DNA from: Cyanidioschyzon merolae
Taxonomy: Eukaryota
Direction: 5' to 3' (one strand)
Assembly: GCA_000091205.1 (NCBI GenBank)
Contig: AP006501.2
Length of the DNA stretch: 64,000 nt
The notes under the pieces were generated by a model that was not told the origin of the DNA, made no database searches, and saw nothing but the letters and a program-made list of their open reading frames with translations. Made by a program: the position numbers and the translations under genes. Positions 42,961-56,100 of the stretch are shown piece by piece. Position 1 is the first letter of the stretch. Each line of letters opens with the position of its first letter.

Positions 42961-45900
42961 AAAAATATAGGGAGGGCGTCCGAATGGTCAGTCCTTGGTA
43001 TTTCAGACGGACATGTTAGCAGAGACTTTGAGCGCGGTTGAAAGACGCGGGCACTGCAATGGATCGCTTTCAAGACGAGCTGATGTGCTGCTGGGAAGCT
43101 GACAACGCTGGGTCTCGGCGAACAGCAAGCATCCAGGACTGTTCGTCTGGTAGGTAGACTCAGTGGTGACGAAAATTGGAGCACCATGCTGTCGCATATA
43201 TTGCCCAAGAAGATCGCTTTCTTTGTCTAGATACATCGCTGAGGCCTCGCGTACGATCTGCAGCTCCATACTTTTCCAGTGCCAGTCTCGAAGCGAAGAT
43301 GCCGCCGCTTGGCTCTTAGCCCCTGATCTTCTTTCATCGGATCTACTCAGTGTTTCAGCAAAATGCCCACACTGAGTATTCAACGATGATCTCGATAGGT
43401 CGCTCAAAAAAAGGCCGATGGACTGTATGGGAGCATGATAACTTTCCGGATGGTGATCGAGGCCTTGGAGTTGCGACGCGTAAAGTGCTATGACGCCTCG
43501 TTGCCGTTGGAATCACACCAAAGCAAGCGTCTCGGTTGACGACGGCCTTGCCCTCGGACGTTCGGTCAGCATTCCGTACACGATTTCGTGCATCTGTTTC
43601 AGTTTCATGCTTTCCTTGTATAGAGGTCCCATGGTACGTCGATGCTTGTGGTGTGTGTCTGTCGTCCTGAACGTATGCATGGGAATCGTACAACATCGAA
43701 TTCTGCACTCATCGCATGCTTTCGTCGAAGCAGCAAGAGTGCGACCTCTGCGCGCTCCAGCAAGTCCAGCATCGTAGGCTACAATGACACGACAAGACTC
43801 GGAGGTCATTTCCTTTCCCCATGCAATGAAAAACTCGGCAGAGGCATGCTTCTCGTGTTCTGAAAACTGCAGCTCGTAGCTACTTGAGCACTGTCTCGTG
43901 TAGGCCAGCCATGTGTATCGTCCGCAAGAGCCACTCGGATGTTCATATCCTCACTGGAAGAACCGTAGAAAGCATCTTCCTCTGCCGGACCTGGTACTCA
44001 GGACGTCAAGATAGGTCCTGACGCCGCTATTCCGCTTGTTGGTATGCCTGCTGCCTACGATCCTGCCCAGCTCTCGATGATTACGATCCCTGGGAAAATC
44101 AGATCATATTGCTTGTTCTGCATCGAGCATCAGTGGCGAGGTCATACGAGGGTTTCATCGAAGCATTTCAGAAGCGACTGGACAGCTGGTAGCCCTGCGT
44201 TCACAGCTCCTTCAAAGCGTTGCTTGACGACGTGCGTCCAAGCAAAGGCGGGGTAAGCAAGCTATGCTGGGCGACGATGCGACGCGAGCTTTCGTTGCGT
44301 CCTGCATCCCACATGTTGCGAGATTCTGCGCGTTACTATGTTTCTCATACAGAAACCTGTACAACAGTTTCAGGTTGATATGAACGCTTCGACGGTTCCT
44401 GCTTCCTGTCCCTCGCCGTCCTCTTTTCGGGAAGTTTAGTCGCTTGGTTGTTCTACGGTATCCTCTGCTGTTCAAATTCTCAGCGGAACGGAATAGCTAT
44501 GGTCGCTGTCCTCTGTATCCGTTGTTTACCGCGGACTCAGACTTACCGGATGGATGATGGAACCAAAAATTGCCTTCTCTATGTACAAAACTCCTCTCCC
44601 GCAAGTGCCTCTTCGGCACCCTCTCGTTCATGAACCGAGAGGCGAAAGAGCAGTTTAGGGCTGGTCTAGGTGCTGAGCGCCGCGTCGAAAATCTTGGGTT
44701 TCACAGATGCGAAGGACTCGTCTACTGATCCGTGAGCTTAGAAGCGGCGTTTTACAACGTCGTAGGAGACGCCTTGGACAGGATTGAAGCCAAGAGAATA
44801 GGCTGCCGCGAAGAGCTGCTCGACACCAGTGCCAGCTGCGCATACCTTGACCGCCTTTGGGTGCTGAAAAGCGACATTTTCTCAGGGCGGAACCGAAGAA
44901 TGTAGGAAATGAAAACCCCGAAATGCTTCGAAGAAGCGTGAGGTGCTCATCGATCCCAAGCGTTTGACGACTCGTGGGTGACTAGACAAAAGCATCGTTG
45001 ATGGGCCTGATATCCTTGGAATGCTCAATCATCTCTTCTTTGCGATCAGATGATTTTTCTTCTCTTTAAGGGTCCATAAACAAGCCTACCATTTCTCCCG
45101 AATGAATTTTCATGGAGTGAGACGAACACTCGGTTCTCCTGGAATAAGCGTTCCCATTTCAATACGAAAAATCAATGGAGTGATTAGGATCGTAAGGCGG
45201 TCTGTCGTAAAAGCGCGCTTTTTCTATCTGTGCCCATCCGAGTATCTTCATCGCTGGTTGTATCAAATGTGAAGAAACGTCACAGCCTGTGGATTCGCCG
45301 GTAGTATATCATGGACAACGTATGGGGTGCAATGGATTGCTGAGGATAACGTCGTTTCCATACCATATGATATGTACTGTTATGGGTGCAAGGCGTCCAG
45401 CATAAGGTCGATGAGAAGGTGCGTTCGTGCACCTGCTGTCGGTAGAATGACTCACTTTTAGCTGTAAAGCCTTTTGTCGCCAGCTATCAGTCAATACATC
45501 AAGTGTATCCACGACGTTCTTCTAATCTACAGAATCAACTTCTTTTCTTGGACATTTGCGTGAAAAACAATTCACGTCAACAATAACGTGTTGATACAGG
45601 AGGTCAAGCGCTCGCTGCGCTGACGATCATGCCAGGTACTTGCCCAGCAACGCTGCTCAGAGTCGTAGCGTTGCACGTTCTGCAGCGACGGGACGCGGGT
45701 ATTGATTCCATGGACGACGTGATAGTCTGTTAACGCACTTGGGCATTTCGTGTGTGTCCTTACACCAGAACCACCCTGTTCGTGCTTGCTATACCTTCAC
45801 AGCGGTGTGAGCGGTTGGCGGACCTTTGGCAGCTTCGTTCATAACTCGGAGGCGCTGTGCGTACGGCGTGCTCACCGGTCTGTTTACTCTGGGTGGCGAC

Positions 45901-46067
45901 GAACCTCTATGGGAACACGACATGCGTACGTTTCCCTGTCCGCATTGAGCCAAGGCTTAGCAAATCGACGCCCGTTTCACCCTACCGTCTTCGGAACTCT
46001 GGGATCGAAACAAAAGCGGCTTCAAAAGTGTTGCTTCTGTAACTGCGGTGGGCGTTTCCGAGTCACC

Positions 46068-47411
46068 ATGCGTACAGTGCGCGGAGAAGGACCAGCCCAG
46101 CGGCGTCCTATGGTGGTTGTTATTGCAGGTCCCACTGCAGTAGGAAAATCGCAGTTGGCCCACGAACTCGCAGCTCGACTGAATGGTGAGATCATCTCTG
46201 CCGACTCGGTACAGGTTTATCGAGGGCTCGACATTGGCGCAAACAAGCCAAGCGCGTTAGAAAGATCGCTCATTCCCTATCATTTGGTGGACATACTGGA
46301 GCCGTCGAGAGACGCCTTCTCTGCTGGCAGTTTCTACGAGCTCGCTCGAGCGGCGACGACCGCTATCCTGGGTCGCCAACGTGTTCCCATCGTTGTTGGT
46401 GGCACCATGATGTACCTCCGATGGTATGTCTTGGGTAAACCCGCAACAACAGCACCGACACCGGAGATCACGCGCGCTGTTCTCGCTGAACTCGCCCTCG
46501 ACGAATGGGACTGGGACCGCTGCCTAGCGCGGCTGGCAGCGCACGACCCCGAACGAGCAGCAATGCTACATCGTAACGACTGGTATCGACTGCGACGGGC
46601 ACTCGAAGTCGTAAAAAGCACCGGTGGAATAGGTATTGGTGGCCTACCGCTCAGAGGCGGAGCGCCTTGTTCCCGTCGCGCAACTGCTGCGCCACTATCC
46701 GCAACGCACATGGCTGCAGGGCCGTCATCGTCGTCGGCATGGACCGACACCGCACCCCCTGCAACAATAACAACGAAAGCCCCTGACCTGGATGTGGACT
46801 TTCGTTGTTATTTCCTGAGCCTTCCCCGAGTGGAGCTGAACCGACGCATAGATGCTCGCTGTGAGGATATGGTGTGGCGAGGCCTGCTCCTGGAGACTGC
46901 AGGTCTGCTCCGGGGCCCATGGGCGGCTATTGAAACAGGTACGGGGCCGGAAGCGGGCCTCGATGCGGAAACATCCAAAGCGTTGAGTGCCTTTCGTGCC
47001 ATTGGGTATCGCCAAGCTATTGAGTACTTGCAGCACGGTGAACGGACCCCGGCTGGTTTGCGTGCCTTTCTTGCCAAGTTCATGCAAGCATCACGGCAAT
47101 ACGCACGAAGACAGATCCAGTGGTTTCGCTCAGAGACGCTTTTCCGCTGGAGAGCGGCAGACCAGCCGGATCTCGTGGATCGCATTGAGAATGAGCTGCA
47201 GCGTGTCTCGCCGGTCGACGCACATGACGATGCGGAGGACGCGCGACTTCGAATGGAGAGCCATCGAGAGGCGAAGCAAATGAAACGATACCAAAGTTGT
47301 TTGCAAATATTCCATGATGATAGCAGGGCATGGCAAGTGCTACGAGCGCTTGATCCTTCGAGACCCAGTGATCCTGGTGTGCATGCTCCACCATCGCTGC
47401 CGACGTCTTGA
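46068..47411 (+). CDS. tRNA dimethylallyl(isopentenyl)transferase (MiaA/Mod5/IPT)
   Basis: P-loop 'VVVIAGPTAVGKSQLA', 'ISADSVQVYRGLDIGANKPS', 'PYHLVDILEP', 'VGGTMMYL'. The ORF track begins at a GTG at 45750; the first ATG precedes 'MRTVRG...MVVVIAGP'. Confidence 0.85.
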   Translation: MRTVRGEGPAQRRPMVVVIAGPTAVGKSQLAHELAARLNGEIISADSVQVYRGLDIGANKPSALERSLIPYHLVDILEPSRDAFSAGSFYELARAATTAILGRQRVPIVVGGTMMYLRWYVLGKPATTAPTPEITRAVLAELALDEWDWDRCLARLAAHDPERAAMLHRNDWYRLRRALEVVKSTGGIGIGGLPLRGGAPCSRRATAAPLSATHMAAGPSSSSAWTDTAPPATITTKAPDLDVDFRCYFLSLPRVELNRRIDARCEDMVWRGLLLETAGLLRGPWAAIETGTGPEAGLDAETSKALSAFRAIGYRQAIEYLQHGERTPAGLRAFLAKFMQASRQYARRQIQWFRSETLFRWRAADQPDLVDRIENELQRVSPVDAHDDAEDARLRMESHREAKQMKRYQSCLQIFHDDSRAWQVLRALDPSRPSDPGVHAPPSLPTS

Positions 47412-49099
47412 GCAATGCCTTGAGGCCTGTCGCAAGCGTGCGGAAGTTGCAATGTATGACGCAGGGCATCAACGTCAGCAGCTGTGGTTGCTTTCGCGAT
47501 TCTCCACGGTGTGCGTGTGTGCGCGGCGTCTGAAGCGAATACTCGCTGCAGCGTATTTCATGCCTTCTGGTCTGGAGAATCTGCTCCGCTGACGCAGAGT
47601 ATGGAGGTCAGCATGTGGGGTTGCTGTTGAAGAATCCGTACCGATTGTGAAGTGCGTGCTTCACTTGCGTCTGGAAGCGTGTGGCTTTGTCTGTATCCTA
47701 GTCGCCTCATGCTGCAGACGACTCGGATCCGCCAGATGCCAGAAATTCATAGACGCACTACTTCGTTCAGGTCCGGACTACATTTTGCAGTCATTGCGTG
47801 TGAGAAATCCAGTGCAACCTGCTGTACATGCGTAGTCGCGGTCCGCGAGTCTAATCAGGCAGTGTCTTGCTTCCGGATAAAGCACCTTGCCTGCAAGTGG
47901 GTACTCGTTGGTACACCAAACAACGTATTCATGGCAATATTGGGGCCTATAGATCACTGTGAAACCGTCGCACAGCTGTGAGCGAGTCCATCTTTTTCGG
48001 ACCGTTTCCGTCTCTCAAAATGCGTGTTTTTATAGAACCTTGCTCCGAAAGGTTTTCGACGTTACAGTGACTATCGGAATGCTGACATACCGACCGAGAC
48101 TGCCCGGCACCATACAGTGGACCCGGCGCCGCACCTAAAGGCTGTACCACGAGCGCTTCTTTTCGCTCGCCTTTTTTGCCCTCCAGTACGAGCCTATTCT
48201 AAAGCTCCGTGTCCCGCAACGCTGCACCATGCAATGTCCATGTTGTTGCGTTGATGCAGTGCCTGGTGCTGCGGAGAGCGCCTGCGATCCAGTTGCCCGC
48301 ATCGCATCCCTCGTAAGCAGTATCAGATGAAAAATGAACCACTGATGTGGTAGCTCTGTTGCTACCTCTGGGCTTTCTCTGGATTTTCTCCTAGATGTGA
48401 AGCCTCGGCATCCAAACTGCGGCGTTATGGGTGTTTGGATCCATACATAGATTTGGGAATTTATGAAGTGTTTTCGGAGGGGCTTTTTCGACACATTGCC
48501 AGTGTAATTCGATACATCGCTGCCATCAGCATGATTGACGACGTAGTGGTGAAAGGGATCGTAGCATATCGATATCATTGTCCAGTTCGTATGTACAGGC
48601 ATCCACGTATGTCCTCAAATTACGTGGAGCGTGTTCATGTCAGGTACTCTTCACGTTTCCTATTTTTCTGATTCAAGGCAACTCGTAGGCGCGGAAACTC
48701 GGGCTACAGGACTGACACGGAACACAAGTCGATGTCGTTCCTTGTCGACTTCTTTACGAACGCATACGGAAGCCGAAACGAATCTTTCGTGCCAAAAAAT
48801 CGATTTTACTCGAAAGAAAATTCCCCATTTCGTAGAGAGCATCGACGAAACGGCACTCGCGGCCATGATGGTACATCATAACGGGTACGCTCCCAGATGC
48901 TCACATTTCACCCATTTGCACGAAAATGGGGCTTTGACTCGGGACTCACTCAACGCAGCGATCGCTTCTGTTGTAGCGTGCGTTACCGCTTTTCGCGAAA
49001 TGCCGGAAGGCGGATCGATATTTCTCGACTTGTACTGCGACCTCGACCTATCTCTCGGTACTTTTCTTCCATCATGGACAAGGTCTGGTTCCAAAAGCC

Positions 49100-49450
49100 G
49101 TCAATCGAATGGCACGTCGTGCATTTGCAGGCACAACAGGCAGACTACTTTTCGGGGGAATTGCTCGCAAGAGACTTGCGATCATGGCGTACAGCACCGG
49201 GCGCTTGAGCGGAAGCGGCCTCCAAGCCAAGCCCTCTGTACGCATCAAGGGTATGGACAGAGCGATGAAACAAGCGTTCACGCTCCACAGAGCGCCTCTG
49301 GAAGGCGAACGAGGCGTGCCTGACATGTGGGACTCCTGACAGTAGCCAAATTTCCCGGCTGTGAAGCGCGCAAGGAGGTTGCATGCAAAGATGATGAACA
49401 TGGCAAGCGAAGCGCGGATCACAACTACCGCCTGTGCATAGAATACGCGA
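49100..49450. repeat. Third, diverged copy of part of the 42.1-42.9 kb duplicated unit
   Basis: About 70% nucleotide identity with 42560-42790. Matches include 'GMDRAMKQAFTLHR' against 'GMERAAKQALTVHR' on the + frame, and 'ALWSVNACFIALSIPL' against 'TLWTVRACFAARSMPL' on the - frame. Confidence 0.6.
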
Positions 49451-49866
49451 TCAGTAGTCAAAAGCGGCAATATTAGGAATTGAACGCTGCCATCAACATG
49501 CTTTTTCTGCTGACAACCGAGCTGGAGGGACAGTAGAAATCAGCATGTTGAAAGCCGGAGAGCAGAGAGATCTGTAGGAGCCTGTCGTTGGAGAAACCTG
49601 CGAAAGGCTGGTATTGGTCACACTGGGAAGAAATACACAATTCTGTTTCTACACCCCTCGAGTTGCGTGCATGGAATCGTTTTATTTTTTCTCGCACGGA
49701 AGTATCGCCTTCTCCTTGCATCGAACGAGACGCTCCGTGGATGTGCAACCGCCGTCATTGACGTCGTCGCATTCGCTACGATCCGGGAACGGCTTGTTCG
49801 CAACTGCTTTGACGAGTTCGTACGGGTTAGTGCTTCTATACACTGGACAGGCAACCGCTTGTGATA

Positions 49867-50649
49867 ATGGAAGCATCATCGATCCAGGTGGACCTCGGGC
49901 ACCTAAAAGTTATCGATAATCGAGCGGTAGAGGAGCAGTCCGACATCGATGCGCGAGCATCTACGGCGGTGCAGCGGCTCGTAGACGAGCTCTTCCAGCT
50001 GCCACCAGACACAGCTGCCACAGAGCAGGTGGGTTTTGGTCGGGTGGTGCGTCTTCCAGCGCCAATTGAGCGCCTTCCACGTGAGAAACCGCTTCCGAAA
50101 CGCGAACAGTTGCAGACCAGGTGGGAGCGTTTCGCCCAGGCCAAGGGCATTCAACGTCACAAGCGGGAGCGCTTCGTCTGGGACGAGACGTCTCAGTCTT
50201 GGCGCCCGCGCCACGGAGGTGGTAAAGCGCGTCCATCAATCCATTCTAAAGCTACTGAATGGATCATTGAGGATAAAGAAGAGGGACCACCCGGGCGGAA
50301 CCCGTTCCGCCGTCGGAAAGGATCACCAGAGAGCCGGAAAGCTGCTGCCGGGCCAACTGCCTCCGTCAAGAGCACCAAAGCGACCGCGAAGCGAGACCGT
50401 GTGAGGGAGGCACAGCAAAAGCTCTCGGAACGTATGAAGAGCGCCAAAGACGCCCTTGACCATCAACTTAGCATCGCCCAACGGAGCACTGCAAGTATGG
50501 GAGCGTACGACCGACGAATCGATGGTGAACGGGATCACCGGCAACGTGGCAAGTCACGGGCCGGGGAGCTGAACACTCCGTCCCAGTATGCTTCGGAGAG
50601 AAAGCGGGCCTTGCAGGTTGCAGATGCCGTACTCCAGGGAATTTCATAG
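49867..50649 (+). CDS. RRS1: Ribosome biogenesis regulatory protein RRS1 homolog
   Basis: 'VDLGHLKVID' (the DLGNL motif) and 'RLPREKPLPKREQLQTRWERFAQAKGIQRHKRERFVWDETSQSWRPRHG' match the RRS1 family core. The ATG at 49867 lies after the GTG the track chose at 49861. Confidence 0.85.
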   Translation: MEASSIQVDLGHLKVIDNRAVEEQSDIDARASTAVQRLVDELFQLPPDTAATEQVGFGRVVRLPAPIERLPREKPLPKREQLQTRWERFAQAKGIQRHKRERFVWDETSQSWRPRHGGGKARPSIHSKATEWIIEDKEEGPPGRNPFRRRKGSPESRKAAAGPTASVKSTKATAKRDRVREAQQKLSERMKSAKDALDHQLSIAQRSTASMGAYDRRIDGERDHRQRGKSRAGELNTPSQYASERKRALQVADAVLQGIS

Positions 50650-51335
50650 CGAAGAACGTGCGTGTACATCGGAGCCTGCATTCATGGAGCCGCATTCGTG
50701 GAAGGCCACCAGCAATGCGACGCCTGCGTAATATGGTGATGCAGTGTCCAGACGGACGGGGAATCTTAAAAGCAGGAAACTCGTTGGCGACTTGTGGTTA
50801 GAGGACGCGTGCAGCTGGTAGATATACGGCGCGCTCTGCGTGACAAAGACGATGTCCTCGTTCTATTCGAGATACGCTTGACAATCCTCGGATACTGAGA
50901 TGATATGAGACTTGTGATGATGCGCGTTGTCGCGAGCGCGTGGAGAAGTCCCGACCAGCAAACGCCATCGTACGCCATTACTTTCCTGTTTACGCATCCG
51001 CTCAAGACACGGGTATGCGGACATCCAAGAGTCAGCTGAATGAGAACTGCAGCGAGCTCCCAGGCGTGCTTTGAGGTTGAAACTCTCGCGTATACGGCGA
51101 GCTGCGCACGCAGTTTAAGAACACTGCAGTTGGCGCGAATGATGCGCAAATTATCCATGGATGCAGGTACGGAGCAAAAGCTGACCTAATGGAGATACAC
51201 TCCTGTAGACTGGTAGTAGTTCGCTCATGGACATGGCTCTTTCCATGTTCTGGATGAACAGCTACGAGTCCGCGATGGAGCGCAGTACCCCATGTTCCGA
51301 TATCTTGAAATACAGTGACATAAGAGACATATCGA

Positions 51336-51338
51336 TCC

Positions 51339-51375
<37 letters not shown>

Positions 51376-51376
51376 C
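51336..51376. repeat. (ACGC)n microsatellite
   Basis: 'cacgcacgcacgcacgcacgcacgcacgcacgcacgca'. The overlapping ORFs 51032..51388 and 51225..51425 are artefacts of this repeat. Confidence 0.9.
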
Positions 51377-51470
51377 TCGATCTGACACGCACGCAGTGGC
51401 CTCGACTAGGAACCAGAAGGCTCACGCGATCGATTCATCATTTCACTTCCAAACGGATCCTGATTATGAT

Positions 51471-52151
51471 TCATGGAATTGGCGAGTTTGACTCTACATC
51501 GAGTGTCGGTTGCTTCCGTGGTTGGTGGTAACCATCGTGCAACCCGAGGGTCCCAGGTAGCTTGATTGACCCTGCATCATTAGAAAGGCGACGAGAAGTA
51601 TGCCTTATGGGCGAGCGCCGCTTACCTACTGAGCCGAGTCGGCTACACTCTTCTCGACTCGCGATAAATTTTCCAACGATCGGTTGTTTGGTCGCAAGGA
51701 TTGGTATCAGTGACCAGGCACGTCGCGAGTGCGAATATCTCGTTGATGAAGGAATTGAAACTTGCGCGCTGTGTTGGGCACCAGCACGACACGCCTCAGA
51801 TGAAAACGGAACCCTGAAGAGCGCGCTCGATTCGTTCATGCCGTCTTTCTTCCCCGGGAGTTTGGTACCTGTAAAGACTCGATATTCAATAAGCAGCATT
51901 GGAAGGTTTGCGGACTCATAGATTGGACTTGGATTCTCGGGCGTGTTTTCAGTTTGGCTGTTTCGACTTGCTGCCGCTGGGACATGAACGGTTCGCATCA
52001 TCACGATGATTTGCGACGAGCTCGAGCAACAGTTCGCAAAATATCCGAGCTTATTATCGATTCCATACATGGAAACGCCACTGTTCTCGCTTCGCTCTCC
52101 ATAATATCCTCGAACCTGGTACGCCTCACCTGCTGGATCTTCAAGCACCAA
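51471..52151 (-). pseudogene. Truncated duplicate of the 5' end of the large TPR gene, created by the segmental duplication
   Basis: The first 118 residues are near-identical to the N-terminus of the 34783..41991 ORF ('MV(I/L)EDPAGEAYQVRGYYGERSENSGVSMYGIDNKLGYF...ALFRVPFSSE'). The sequence then diverges into unrelated sequence at the duplication boundary, about 51797. Confidence 0.55.
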
Positions 52152-53120
52152 ACATAAGCGTGGGCATCGGGGAAGCTATCCAAACCGCTGGCTGGACGGA
52201 GAATCGTAGGCGGCTTCGCCACTTTTGTAAGGGCGATCCACAAGCTGGTGCCTAAAGTTTACTGACCCTGTCATGCCACATACTCGATTCTGTTCGAAAC
52301 ACGAATCCTCGTCCGGATATGCCAGCCGACACAATGGAACTCGACAGCAGCCGGATGAGGGTCACGACGCTTGCTGCCTGAGGCTCCCGACTCTAGTGTG
52401 TTCACGGCCAGGGGTCTTGGACTCGGACTCCAGGCATCGAGGCGGTCGTTTCCAATGGACTTGTTGTGGTCGCCTTGCACGACGCGCAGGGAGTGCGGAC
52501 GGATCGACGTTTCTCTACTTGTTCTGTAGGCTGGATTTTCCGTTCGGTCATTGCTTCACCAAGGGCAATATCGCGTTCGACTTGCTGCGTACCGAGTGGC
52601 GCAACGTGCGCTTGCACCAGCATCGAACAGCGTACGCACCGCGGAGATCGCCCAGAAGAAGCCCGTGGTGGTTCGGCATGGCACCGGGCACGGAAACGGA
52701 GAAGAGCACCTGTGGAAGCCGCCTGTCGCGGTTAGGGGCATGGAGCGAGCGGCGAAGCAAGCCCTCACGGTCCATAGAGCGTACGTTATTGGCAAAGGTC
52801 TAGAGGTCATACGTGCACACCAGACCGCAAACAAGAGTGACCGCTTGAAAGAGCGCACCGGGTCTGTATGCAGAGAAGATGGGCATGGCGAACGAAGCGT
52901 GGATCGCGACTTGTACCTGTGCCTGATATGGGTCGATGAGAGCTGGAAACTGCGGGACCGGCACTTCAAACGCTGCCAACGATGTCCATCGCCTGCTGGC
53001 AACGGAGCTGGAGTGGCAGGAGTGTCCGGTGTACGCAGGTCCGCAGGAAAGCGACGGGGTACGGAAGCGGCTCAAGAAAAGGTCCAAAACCGCAGGTTTC
53101 GTTGACAGTACCAAGAGATC
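51797..53120. repeat. Segmental duplication, copy 2
   Basis: See copy 1. ORFs 52273..52803, 52551..53105 and 52556..53002 are near-identical to 42113..42643, 42391..42945 and 42396..42842. Confidence 0.9.
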
Positions 53121-54013
53121 CACACTGTCATATGCGCACCCGAGTTTGAGCTCCTGTTCCATTTTATGCCGTGTGATGGATGTGATGCCGTGCACGAGAG
53201 GCGCGTTATCACCCAGGCAGGCAATCGCAGCGCTCCACCATTGCAAGTCAACGTCTCAGCGACAATCACGAGGCGATCCTAGGTATTTCTCTTGCTCATT
53301 CCAGTACGCTGCTGAGATTATTTGTAATGGATTACAGTGTTTGGGTGGTTTATCCGGATTCCATCAAGTTCCACAAAGCATATGCATATCGCCCGAAAAG
53401 ATCCAGAAGATGATTTTCTCATTTATGAGTATCTTGGTGGCAAGCTTATCGATCGGGAACGCCACCACACAAGTTTCACGCTATGTGGAAAAGTAAAACC
53501 CCCTCATGGATCTGTTATCAGTTCCTCGTATGGCAGTTACACGCGCATGAGCATGCCATTGTGTGACGAAGGCTGTTCGTTCGCAACGTCATCAGCCGAA
53601 ATACGACCCGAACAACATGCGTCATCGTTATGCCCCTTCCTGTGAGACACTTTATTTAAGTTAGTGGCTGAGCGAATGCACCTCATCCTCGTTCTCTAGA
53701 GGGTACGGCAACGATCACGGCGGCTGGGCTGATTCGGTCCAGCGCGCGATCCACCTCTCCGAATAGGCCCAAGTCGTCTAGAATCTGTACGATGCAAACA
53801 TTTTTCCTCGAACAGCGCAGAATCACGTCGTATCTGCCCATGCAGTACGCGTAGCTAGCTGGTTGCGGTGCTCGGCAAGACGATCTCGTTATAGCGCAGA
53901 CACTAATATCCGCGCGTGACGATCTGCGATCCCTAAGGTGGTTGTATACCGTATCATAGACGGTCTACGTAGTATCCAATGCCCAATATCCGCACAAAGC
54001 GACCTTATGTTGC

Positions 54014-54751
54014 CTAGTGCTCGCACTCTCGGATCAGCGCAAGCACATCGTAGATGATCCGAGCAGTCATTCCCCAGACAATTTTCCCGCTGCTGAGCTC
54101 TCGTGGTAGACAAAACATCGGTGCGGGGGCGGCCTCGGTCGAGAACTGTTCTAAGGGCGCTTGACGTTGCCCCGTCTCTTCTGGGGAGTCTCGCGCTGTT
54201 GTACCAACGATCTCCGAGGTTGTGTTTGCGCCTGCATGACTGGCTTCATTCACGAGATCCGTTCCCAGGGTCGTGTCCTCCCAAGTACAGTTACCTGATT
54301 CGGAGCGGCACGCCTCGAGAACACCGCGCGGCACCACAAGCAGGCTTTGAACCTCAGCCCGGTTCAACGCGAGTTGGCTTGGATTGACACGATCGTCCAA
54401 GTATCCGATGAATGACAAAACTCTAAAATTAGATGAGCGCAGAAGCGGCCGATACTCATGAAACTTTCCCAGTATGCGTATAAAACTAGGATCAAGTCCG
54501 ATCTCCTCTTGAGTCTCTCGCAAGGCGGTTTCCAGAAGAGAGCAATCCCCAGCGCGTACTTTCCCGCCAGGGCAGGAGATTTCGCCCCGGTGGATCCGAA
54601 CGAGCTTCGATCTCTCTGTGAGCACGAAAGCAACTTGGACGCAGGAGTCAGTCTCAGCCGCCTCGGGCCCGCGACAGAGTAAGACGAGCACAGCGGCATT
54701 CGGGGCCGCCACCGAGGGATCGTGATCCACGCGCACCGTGCGCAACGGCAT
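54014..54751 (-). CDS. Nudix hydrolase, NUDT7/Pcd1-like CoA pyrophosphatase
   Basis: CoA-pyrophosphatase-type block 'AAVLVLLCRG...VAFVLTERSKLVRIHRGEISCPGGK' followed by the Nudix box 'LLETALRETQEEIGL'. The 498-codon track ORF (to 55510) has a low-complexity N-terminus; I chose the internal ATG ('MPLRTVRV'). Confidence 0.7.
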   Translation of the reverse strand: MPLRTVRVDHDPSVAAPNAAVLVLLCRGPEAAETDSCVQVAFVLTERSKLVRIHRGEISCPGGKVRAGDCSLLETALRETQEEIGLDPSFIRILGKFHEYRPLLRSSNFRVLSFIGYLDDRVNPSQLALNRAEVQSLLVVPRGVLEACRSESGNCTWEDTTLGTDLVNEASHAGANTTSEIVGTTARDSPEETGQRQAPLEQFSTEAAPAPMFCLPRELSSGKIVWGMTARIIYDVLALIRECEH

Positions 54752-55559
54752 TGTTCGCAGCCGCTGTTCTATGCGGTTCAAGAGATCACTGGTCCTCCTC
54801 GATCGAACATGAACGTGGCGTGCCCACGGCAAAGCTCGCTGAAGAAACGGCACCATGCGGATTTGGGTCCGGGTTCGTCCCAACGAGGTCGTCGACGACG
54901 CCAGCATTGGTTTCGACGGCACCTGTGATGGCGTCATTGTCACTGGTAACGACCTCGAATCTGTAGAATTCTGAGCAAGCGAGCGCCCCGGCATCGATGT
55001 GTTCGAGTTGAAGGCACTTGACCACCAGTTCCGCTGTGCCACCTTCCACAGTGTCTCGACCCAGTCACGCTCAAGAATACGGTGCTGAACAAAACGCACC
55101 AAGTTAGTAGCAAAGCCTCGCCGCGGCTTCCGCGACGTGGTGCATTGCAAGCCTGTAGTTGTGCGCCTCGGGCGCTGCCGTTTCGGTGGCTGGGCTGCCT
55201 GCGAAGCCGGTGGACGTGCTGGTTCAGGAACGAGCCGACCACAGAGTGAAGCGCGGGAGGCGCAACCAAGCGTCCTGTGCTCGACGGCGTCGCAAGCCTT
55301 TCTCAGCTGTACCCATGTGAAACTTGAAACCTTCAACAATCCTAAACCAGTCAGCGGAATGAAAAGCGTTGACAACACTCTAGCCCTGGGCGACTGCGCC
55401 GACACGCTGCCAACTCGCACGGGTGGCGCAGTTCCAACCTCGACTCCGGTCGTCGCCGGTGCCACCCCAGAGCAGAGCATCCCGCTCCCTTGACGTACCA
55501 GCCTACCCATAAGATGCAGGGCCGGAAAAAGACTCTAGCGAGCTCCCAGCGGGCAACGA

Positions 55560-56100
55560 GTTTACACGTCGATAAAACGGCTGTGAACCGAGATTAGGTT
55601 TGGGATATCGCGGAGGTCGCTAGCCTGTGTAAGATTGTCCAATATCGTCGAGGACGCTATTGCTAGATTTGAACCTAAAGATATATATACATGCCAACTC
55701 ACAGACGCCTCCGAGTTTCTTACAACAGGCTCCTGCTGTCCGCTTCAGCTTTTCCGTGTACACCTCGAGCTGGAGAGGGTGTCCAGCAATGTTCGCTCGC
55801 ATCACATCCATGGGTCTCGTCTCCAGCACCGCATATCGTCTGATATTCATGGCGGCGTTCAAGTTGCGGTTCACCATTTCCGTTCGTTTATAGTTTCCGA
55901 TGGGACTCATCAATGCGAGGATTCCGAGAACTCGCGCCCCCAGTGCCTTTTGCTGCTCTGTATGGTTCCCGCGCTTTTCTATCGCCGGAGCGCACCGCTG
56001 CCTTATCTCCATCTCGGCCTTCTGAAGTGTACATCCTGGTTCATCCCTCGGATTTTCTATTTCCTCAAATGACCCCGATTGTCTAAGACCTTTGGTGATG
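55560..56100 (-). mobile_element. Fanzor-family element, copy C (3' fragment only, pseudogene)
   Basis: ORF 55620..56012 encodes 'CTLQKAEMEIRQRC...MVNRNLNAAMNIRRYAVLETRP...HPLQLEVYTEKLK', collinear with the copy-B C-terminus and with its post-stop extension ('QPLKVELYEKKLE'). Upstream homology is lost within about 100 bp. Confidence 0.55.

Noticed and set aside
45750-46067. N-terminal 106 codons of the tRNA-IPT ORF as given by the track
   Set aside because: The track starts at a GTG at 45750. The conserved P-loop begins right after an in-frame ATG at 46068, so the upstream extension is probably 5'UTR.
54752-55510. N-terminal 250 codons of the Nudix ORF (54014..55510)
   Set aside because: The region is low-complexity, Pro/Arg/Ser-rich, and has no ATG until 'MPLRTV' just before the Nudix fold. 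It is more likely 5'UTR or open frame by chance in GC-rich DNA, although a genuine N-terminal extension cannot be excluded.
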